From: a candidate division WOR-3 bacterium
Lineage (GTDB): Bacteria > Hydrothermota > 32-111
Assembly: GCA_037481815.1 (NCBI GenBank)
Contig: JBBFKX010000003.1
Span: 64,001-128,000, forward strand
Length of the DNA stretch: 64,000 bases
Reading direction: 5' to 3'
Under the pieces are notes generated by a model. That model ran no database searches. It had not been told where the DNA came from and saw only the letters and a program-made list of their open reading frames with translations. How positions within the stretch are numbered: the stretch's first letter is position 1; the number at the start of each line of letters is the position of its first letter. Of this stretch, positions 57,429-64,000 are shown one piece after another. A program made the translations under genes and the position numbers.

Positions 57429-59183
57429 TCACTTGATTTTTTTAAAAGTAAAAGTTCCATTTGGCTGTATTATATCAACATTTATAATTTTTTCATTTTT
57501 TTCATTGAATCTGACGAAGAAACCTTTAAGTTCTTTGAACTCAAAATAGTTTTTACTTTTGGGAACTATTTTCATCGACTGCTGTCCCTTTAAATTCAAG
57601 GTTAAAAATTGATCTTTTGTTAACAATATTTCAAGTGTATCATTTTCTAATATGTATTTGCCTTCAAATTTTTTTAAATAGGATATCGAAAAAAGATCAT
57701 CTTCTATCACTTTCTCAAAAACTATATCATCCGTTAACGGTTCTATCGGGAAATAAAGTTTTGTTATATTTCCATCTTTATCTGTTTCAAACGAAATTTT
57801 AGTATCCATTTCGATCATTCCATCCGATTTTGCTGTAAAAACATCATAATGAAAATGGGTCAATTTCATTTCCAGTTCATTGAATTTTAAAATCAGTTTA
57901 CTATTTTCGTATTCAATCTTTAATTTACCGTAACCTTTATTTTCATAAACTCCTGCGTAATCTTTTAAAGGATGTGAAGGTTTTGTTTTCTTATTTCCAA
58001 TTTCCTCTTTTTTTAATTTATTCACATTTAGATTTTCAACATCTTTTAAACGGTCACTCCATGGTGTTGGATCAAGTCCAAGCATCAATTCTGAAACAAA
58101 CATTTCAACAAGAAAAGGAATAGCACTGTTGTTCATGTTTGAAAGAACTACCACACCGAAAGAATCATCCGGAAATATTCCCATGTGCGCTGAAAAACCA
58201 TCTATATTCCCACCATGGAATATATGATATTTTCCCCTGTAATATTCTATAAACCATCCCATTCCATAGGTTCTAAAACTCCTTTCAGGATAATTTGATC
58301 TTTCAGAAACTATCATTTTCGGTGTTATCATGTTGTCTATATAATCTGATGATAATATATCATATCCTTTCCCTTTATTTAAAATAAAGATCAACCATTT
58401 TGCCATATCAATAACATTCGAATTTATCGTTCCTGCAGGTCCCATCGCGGGAAACTCTCTGAAATTCATTTTAACAATTTTTTTACCATCAAAATAGTAT
58501 GGGTAAGCAAAATCGTTTTGATTTTTCATAACCTCTGTTGAAAAATTCGTTTTTTCCATCTTTAGAGGTTTCAAAATCCTTTCATTAACAAAATTTTCCC
58601 AGCTTTCGCCTGAAACCTTTTCAACAAGATAACCTGCAACAAGATACATATGATTCTGGTATTGGAATTTTGTTCTTATCGAATAGTTTGGTTTTAAATA
58701 CTTTAACCTTTTATAAATATCCTCTCTTGAAAATGTTGAACCATACCACATAAAATCATGCCTTGGAAGACCTATCCTGTGGGTTAAAATGTCAAGTGGT
58801 GTCGCAAGTTTTTCTGAAACTTCATCGTAGAGTTGAAAATCTGGAAGATAATCTTTTAGAGGTTTATCAAACTCCATTTTTCCATCTTGAACAAGTATCG
58901 ACAATGCTGTTGCTGTGAAAGATTTTGTGCAGGAACCTATTGCAAAAAGTGTATTTACTGTTACTCCTTTTTTATTCTCATAATCAGAATAACCATACCC
59001 TTTAGCGTATATCAAAGAGTCCCTGTAAACTATTCCTATTGAAAGACCCACCCCATTATGCACCTTTAACATAGAATCTACAAAAAGATCTATCTTTTCA
59101 AACTTTTTAGTAAAATCTTCTGGATAAAAGTTTAGAAAAAATATTATAGTTGATACAAATATAAATTGTTTTAAAAACTTCAT
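57429..59183 (-). CDS. Serine hydrolase (beta-lactamase/AmpC-like) with DUF3471-like C-terminal domains
   Basis: SxxK (GSCTK), LTHRIGLPRHD, YxN (YQN), HGGNIDGF, Y.G.Y...GYG. Start ATG 59183 after AGGAG. Confidence 0.88.
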   Translation of the reverse strand: MKFLKQFIFVSTIIFFLNFYPEDFTKKFEKIDLFVDSMLKVHNGVGLSIGIVYRDSLIYAKGYGYSDYENKKGVTVNTLFAIGSCTKSFTATALSILVQDGKMEFDKPLKDYLPDFQLYDEVSEKLATPLDILTHRIGLPRHDFMWYGSTFSREDIYKRLKYLKPNYSIRTKFQYQNHMYLVAGYLVEKVSGESWENFVNERILKPLKMEKTNFSTEVMKNQNDFAYPYYFDGKKIVKMNFREFPAMGPAGTINSNVIDMAKWLIFILNKGKGYDILSSDYIDNMITPKMIVSERSNYPERSFRTYGMGWFIEYYRGKYHIFHGGNIDGFSAHMGIFPDDSFGVVVLSNMNNSAIPFLVEMFVSELMLGLDPTPWSDRLKDVENLNVNKLKKEEIGNKKTKPSHPLKDYAGVYENKGYGKLKIEYENSKLILKFNELEMKLTHFHYDVFTAKSDGMIEMDTKISFETDKDGNITKLYFPIEPLTDDIVFEKVIEDDLFSISYLKKFEGKYILENDTLEILLTKDQFLTLNLKGQQSMKIVPKSKNYFEFKELKGFFVRFNEKNEKIINVDIIQPNGTFTFKKIK

Positions 59184-59279
59184 AACACTCCTTGATAATT
59201 TTATAGATAATAGATTAACCAATTATAAAGTCAATAAATATGTAGTTGAAAATGGTTTTATTTGTTATATAATTTTTTT

Positions 59280-59966
59280 ATGGAAAAATTCAAAATTGTG
59301 ATTCTTGAAGATGAACAGGATATAAACGATCTAATCTCTATCCATCTGAAACAGAATAACTTTGACTTTATTCAATTTTTTTCCGGAAAAGATTTTTTAA
59401 AATTTCTATCAAACAACAACACTTTCCATCTACTTATTCTTGACCTCATGTTACCGGAAGTGGATGGAATCGAAATTTTGAAAAGATTAAAAAATGATCC
59501 TTTGTACAAAAATATTCCGGTTATAATTCTTACAGCAAAATCTGAAGAGAGCGATAAACTCGTTGGACTCGAACTTGGAAGTGACGATTATTTAACAAAA
59601 CCTTTTTCAGTAAAAGAACTGATTGCAAGAATCAAGGTTATACTAAAAAGATATTATTCTGAAAAAGATGAAAATGTTATCAGAATTGGAAAGGACATAG
59701 TTATAGATATAAATAGAGGAGAATGTTTATATAAAAACAAACCAGTTAATTTAACATCAACAGAGTTTAGAATTTTAACAACACTTGCGAAAAGAAAGGG
59801 CTGGATCTTTTCAAGAGAAAAGATTTTAATGGCGATCTGGGGCAACGATAAAATAGTTACGAAAAGGAGTGTTGATGTGCACATAAAAAGTATCAGAGAC
59901 AAAATCGATAAAGAAGGTAAATATATAAAAAATATAAGAGGAATGGGATACAAAATTGAGGATTAA
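59280..59966 (+). CDS. phoB: OmpR/PhoB-family response regulator
   Basis: LDLMLP..DG, PVIILTAKSEE.DK..GLELG.DDY.TKPFS, LT.TEF, R.VDVHI..IR. ATG 59280 lies 6 nt after TATAAT. The phoB symbol is inferred from the PhoR-like partner. Confidence 0.8.
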   Translation: MEKFKIVILEDEQDINDLISIHLKQNNFDFIQFFSGKDFLKFLSNNNTFHLLILDLMLPEVDGIEILKRLKNDPLYKNIPVIILTAKSEESDKLVGLELGSDDYLTKPFSVKELIARIKVILKRYYSEKDENVIRIGKDIVIDINRGECLYKNKPVNLTSTEFRILTTLAKRKGWIFSREKILMAIWGNDKIVTKRSVDVHIKSIRDKIDKEGKYIKNIRGMGYKIED

Positions 59967-61665
59967 ACCATTTTCAAAGGTCAAAGCGATAATTTATTTT
60001 CTTATTTTCATTCTACTGATCATAAATTCATTTTCATTCTATTTCACAAGCAGAATGGTTAAAAAAACTTACATCTATTCAAATTCAAAAAATTTAGAAT
60101 CAATCTCAAAATTACTTCTTGAAAACTTTAACGACTCCTTTAACGATTTACCAATTTTGAACCAGAGAGTGAAAGAAAAAAGTCAAGAAACTGGACTGAG
60201 GATAACTCTTGTTGATAAAACTGGAAAGGTCATAGCAGATTCCCATCAGGACTATAGATTGATGGAAAACCATAAGGGAAGAAAAGATATATATGAAGCA
60301 CTCGAAGGGAAAAGTATAACGGTTGAAAGGTACAGTAAAACTTTAAAAAATAAAATGATTTATTTTTCTATGCCGATATATAAAGAGAGTGAAATTATCG
60401 GTGTCATAAGATTGAGTTCTTTTTCAAAAGATATAGACAGGATTCTTTTTAACATTTTCAGAGATTACATCTTCGTTTTCATTTTAAATCTTTTGATAAT
60501 CTTTTCTATCTTCTACTTTTTAAACAAAAAAATAAATTATCCTTTAAACCTTATTTTAAAAAATCTTGAAAAATTTGGAAGTGGAGAATTCGATACTAAA
60601 ATAATTTTAAAGGATGAGGATGAATTCAAAAAAATAGGAAAAACTTTTAACGATATGGTTGATAGTATCAAGAATTTGATCATAAATACTGAACAAAAGA
60701 ACAGAGAATTCGAAACACTTTTGAAAACTATCGATGAGGGAATAATCATAGTTGATGATGAGTTCAACATCATCTATTCAAACAAAAAGATTGAAAATCT
60801 TTTCTCATCAGACAAGCAAAATATCAAAAGAATAACCGATATTTTCTTAAACTACGATTTCATAAAAGCGTTGAAGGACTCTCAGAATGGTACAATAAAA
60901 ATTGAAAGTGAAATAAAATCAAAAATTTTTCTCATAAACATATCCTTCATAAAAGAAGACAACAAATACATTTTAACATTTTTTGATATCTCCGATTTAA
61001 AAAATGTTGATCGCATGAGAAAAGATTTTATTTCAAATATATCACACGAGTTGAAAACTCCTTTAACTGCAATATATGGATATCTCGAAACTATAGAGAT
61101 GGAATATAATGACATCAAATATGTTCCTATAATAAAAAAACATGTTGAAAATATGAACAAACTCGTTGAAGAGATTTTAACATTATCATATCTTGAAACA
61201 TCACCAAAAATAAAAATTGAAAACTTCATTTTAAACGATTCTATAAAAAATGTTATTAACACTTTTTATGAAGATATAAACAAGAAAAAACTACAATTTG
61301 ATTTTATCCATGATCAGAATATCTCTTTTTCTGGAGATAGAGAAAAAATCGAAAGGATGATAAAAAATCTTTTAGAAAATTCTATAAAGTATACAGATGA
61401 AGGTTATATAAAAGTTTATTTACAAAAAAAAGATCAAAAAATAATAATCGTGGTTGAGGATACAGGAATCGGTATTCCAGAAAAGGAGAGGGAACGAATA
61501 TTTGAAAGATTTTATACTGTTGATAAATCAAGATCAAAAAAATATGGGGGATTTGGACTTGGCTTATCGATCGTAAAACATATAGTTAAACTACACAATG
61601 GAAAAATCGAAGTTGAAAGCGAAGAGGGAAAAGGAACAAAAATAATCGTAACCTTTGAAGGTTAA
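59956..61665 (+). CDS. phoR: PhoR-like sensor histidine kinase (sensor-HAMP-PAS-HisKA-HATPase)
   Basis: RITLVD..G.VIADS...MENH..R, MRKDFISNISHELKTPLT, IFERFY.VDKSRS...GG.GLGLSIVKH. Confidence 0.82.
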   Translation: MRIKPFSKVKAIIYFLIFILLIINSFSFYFTSRMVKKTYIYSNSKNLESISKLLLENFNDSFNDLPILNQRVKEKSQETGLRITLVDKTGKVIADSHQDYRLMENHKGRKDIYEALEGKSITVERYSKTLKNKMIYFSMPIYKESEIIGVIRLSSFSKDIDRILFNIFRDYIFVFILNLLIIFSIFYFLNKKINYPLNLILKNLEKFGSGEFDTKIILKDEDEFKKIGKTFNDMVDSIKNLIINTEQKNREFETLLKTIDEGIIIVDDEFNIIYSNKKIENLFSSDKQNIKRITDIFLNYDFIKALKDSQNGTIKIESEIKSKIFLINISFIKEDNKYILTFFDISDLKNVDRMRKDFISNISHELKTPLTAIYGYLETIEMEYNDIKYVPIIKKHVENMNKLVEEILTLSYLETSPKIKIENFILNDSIKNVINTFYEDINKKKLQFDFIHDQNISFSGDREKIERMIKNLLENSIKYTDEGYIKVYLQKKDQKIIIVVEDTGIGIPEKERERIFERFYTVDKSRSKKYGGFGLGLSIVKHIVKLHNGKIEVESEEGKGTKIIVTFEG

Positions 61666-62519
61666 ATCTTCAATTTTCTAATAGCGTTAGAAAAAATTTT
61701 TTTATCAGTTTTTGGAATCTTATTTTTTTGAGGGAATTTACCCTTTTTTACATCTTCAGCATACCTGTTTAAGGCATCAGAAATTCTTTTTGAAATATTT
61801 TCATACCTTTTTATAAACCTTGGAGTGAACCTTGAATACAATCCAATTATATCGTTTATAACAACTATCTGTCCATCACTATCAACACCCGAACCAATAG
61901 AATACACAGGAATTTTTAAATTTTCCTTTAAAAACTTTACAACAAGATCTGTTGTGTTTTCAACAATAACCATCAACACACCTGCTTTTTGGAGTTCAAA
62001 ACCATCCTCTATTATTTTGGTTATCTCTTCTTCATCGTTTCCAAGAATCGGATAACCTCCATATTTTTTATAACTCTGTGGTTTCATTCCGATATGTCCA
62101 CAAACAGGTATTCCAGCATCAACAACAGCCTTTATTCTATCGATTATCTCCTTTCCTCCTTCCATTTTAACAGCATCAGATCTTGTTTCCTTTAATGCTC
62201 TTCCACAATTTCTTATCGCTTCACTTTTTGAAACCTGATATGTTAAAAAAGGCATATCGAATATTAGGTACTGTTTTTTTATGGCTCTTCTAACAGATTT
62301 TCCAAAAACGATCATTTCATCTAAACTTATGTCGAGTGTTGATGTGTTTCCCATCATCACCATCGATGCTGAATCTCCAACAAGTACAATATCAACATTA
62401 GAATCGTTTACTACAGAAGCGATCGAATAATCATAGGCAGTCACAAGGACTGCCTTTTCATTGTTTTTCTTTTTTCTTAAAAGTTCTTTATAGGTTATCT
62501 TTTCGAGTTTACTCTTCAA
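61662..62519 (-). CDS. panB: 3-methyl-2-oxobutanoate hydroxymethyltransferase
   Basis: TAYD, LVGDS, DMPF, AVKMEGG, GHIG..PQ, IGSG...DGQ. Confidence 0.95.
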   Translation of the reverse strand: MKSKLEKITYKELLRKKKNNEKAVLVTAYDYSIASVVNDSNVDIVLVGDSASMVMMGNTSTLDISLDEMIVFGKSVRRAIKKQYLIFDMPFLTYQVSKSEAIRNCGRALKETRSDAVKMEGGKEIIDRIKAVVDAGIPVCGHIGMKPQSYKKYGGYPILGNDEEEITKIIEDGFELQKAGVLMVIVENTTDLVVKFLKENLKIPVYSIGSGVDSDGQIVVINDIIGLYSRFTPRFIKRYENISKRISDALNRYAEDVKKGKFPQKNKIPKTDKKIFSNAIRKLKI

Positions 62520-63960
62520 TTATTATTATCTCCTCTTCTCCTTTTACAGTATCTTTAGGAGTTGTATCTTTCTTTTCCTCTTCAATTATAAATGTCCCCT
62601 CTTCCTTCTTCTCTTCAGTTGGGATTTGTTGTTTTGGAGTTTCAACTTTGTTTTCAACTACTGGTTTTTCTTCCTTCACAACAGGTTGAGGTGTTGTCTG
62701 TTTCTCTTCAACAACAGGCACAACCTCTTCCTTTTTTACCTCTTCTATAACCGGTTCAGGTGTTACAACCTGTTCTTTTACTTCCTCTTTTATAACATTG
62801 GTTTCACCTGTTATATTCATGAGTTCACCATATTTTTTCATAAGATATTCTGTTTTGTTTCTATAGGAAAGCTTTATCTCTTCGTATGGTTTTATGTCCA
62901 TATTTCCTTTGATCGAAATAATCGTTGCTGTTGAATATTTCTCATAGGGAACAAGAACCTGCAAAGCACCTGCTGCAAAATATTCTCCCGTTTTGTCTTT
63001 TCTAACTATTGTGAAAACATCCCCTGTATTTATTCCATCATTTTTACCAAGGTTTATAAAAACGATTGTGAACTCGTTTGTTCTCAGTTTTGGATTTTCT
63101 GTTCCTATTAGTGATCCATAGATTTCTTCTGAAACTTTCAAATATGAAGAATTAGGATTAATCTGTGGTTCTTCATATGTTGAAACAAAATCACCTTTGT
63201 TGATCTCATCGTACGCTGCTGTTATCGTTCCATAAGCAAAATTGTTTTCATAACCATCTATTCTGACTTTTCCTATTATTCTTACATGTTTTCCAAGATT
63301 TTCACCACTTTTGTTATCTTTTACTTTGTTGTTCCAATTGAATATGATCAACTCTTTTCCTATCAAATTTTTATCTTCTGAATTTAACTTTATATAAACT
63401 TTTTCATTTGTAACCATCTGATAAGAATTTTTATATAAACCATCTATCTTTCCAATCTGTGGGTTCTGTAAAGAAAGGTAGCCTGCTTTGAATGCCAATT
63501 TTTTTGCAACAGCATATTCAACAGCATTTTTTATCGTATAACTTTTTGTTCTTTCAATTTTTTTGATATCTTCTCTTATCTGTTTCACTTTACCGATCTG
63601 TTCATCCATTCCTGTTGAAGTTGTATACTCCATCTCTTGTTCCTGAACCTCTTTTTCAAAACCTATTTCTTCTTCTGTCTTTGTCATCTCTTTTTCTTCA
63701 ACTTGTTGAACATTCTCCTGCAAAGTTGCATCAGCAGCGACATCAGGTATGATAAATTCCTGTCCTGGATATATCCAGTGAGGGTCTTTAATCTTTTCTA
63801 TATTTGCATTGTAAATATTTCTCCAGATAAATGGATTATTGTAATAATAACCGGCAAGATCCCATAAAGTATCTCCCTTTTTAACAACATGCACTTTTTG
63901 TCCAAAAATTGCAAGAGATAACATTATGGCTATCAATAAGAGGAATAACCACTTCTTCAC
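62509..63960 (-). CDS. LysM-domain periplasmic protein (TsaP-like)
   Basis: Signal peptide; LysM HVVKKGDTLWDLA..Y..NP..W..IY.AN...IKDPHWIYPGQ; beta-rich middle domains (VFINLG..DG...GD.F); E/P/K/V-rich tail; GGAGGAG SD. Confidence 0.8.
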   Translation of the reverse strand: MKKWLFLLLIAIMLSLAIFGQKVHVVKKGDTLWDLAGYYYNNPFIWRNIYNANIEKIKDPHWIYPGQEFIIPDVAADATLQENVQQVEEKEMTKTEEEIGFEKEVQEQEMEYTTSTGMDEQIGKVKQIREDIKKIERTKSYTIKNAVEYAVAKKLAFKAGYLSLQNPQIGKIDGLYKNSYQMVTNEKVYIKLNSEDKNLIGKELIIFNWNNKVKDNKSGENLGKHVRIIGKVRIDGYENNFAYGTITAAYDEINKGDFVSTYEEPQINPNSSYLKVSEEIYGSLIGTENPKLRTNEFTIVFINLGKNDGINTGDVFTIVRKDKTGEYFAAGALQVLVPYEKYSTATIISIKGNMDIKPYEEIKLSYRNKTEYLMKKYGELMNITGETNVIKEEVKEQVVTPEPVIEEVKKEEVVPVVEEKQTTPQPVVKEEKPVVENKVETPKQQIPTEEKKEEGTFIIEEEKKDTTPKDTVKGEEEIIIIEE

Positions 63961-64000
63961 TTCTCCTCCTTTTTAGATTGATTTTTAACCTGAATGAACT

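Overview
A 64 kb, gene-dense, AT-rich (roughly 30% GC, estimated by eye) stretch of core chromosome from a diderm bacterium: it has a PilQ secretin, a SurA/PpiD chaperone and a protein with a T9SS-type C-terminal tail. This gene mix would fit an FCB-affiliated candidate phylum such as WOR-3/TA06, which is inference only. Housekeeping genes include efp, plsY, eno-ftsB, gatCAB, pcrA, valS, tyrS, trpS, nadA, panB, fba, dgt, phoBR-like, tRNA-Val(UAC) and tRNA-Met(CAU). The most notable elements are: (1) a type IV pilus region, where pilMNOPQ is headed by a small Xis/BldC-like HTH gene whose promoter carries 10-bp phased repeats and DnaA boxes; (2) a second operon TPR-efp-pilT/U-mglA-tandem DnaA-type AAA+ protein (no DNA-binding domain)-DUF4388/MshEN protein; (3) a globin-like plus CarH-type B12 photoreceptor gene coupled to a hybrid histidine kinase behind a sigma54-like promoter with two TGT-N12-ACA boxes; (4) a 25-aa Lys-rich peptide gene missing from the ORF track, with its own promoter, SD and terminator; (5) a frameshift-split cyclase-STAND-TPR gene; (6) an ORF whose only ATG/GTG/TTG starts downstream of the tRNA promoter lie inside tRNA-Val; and (7) several probably leaderless genes. 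I saw no CRISPR array, rRNA, integrase or transposase. All family assignments come from motif recognition by eye; no database searches were run.
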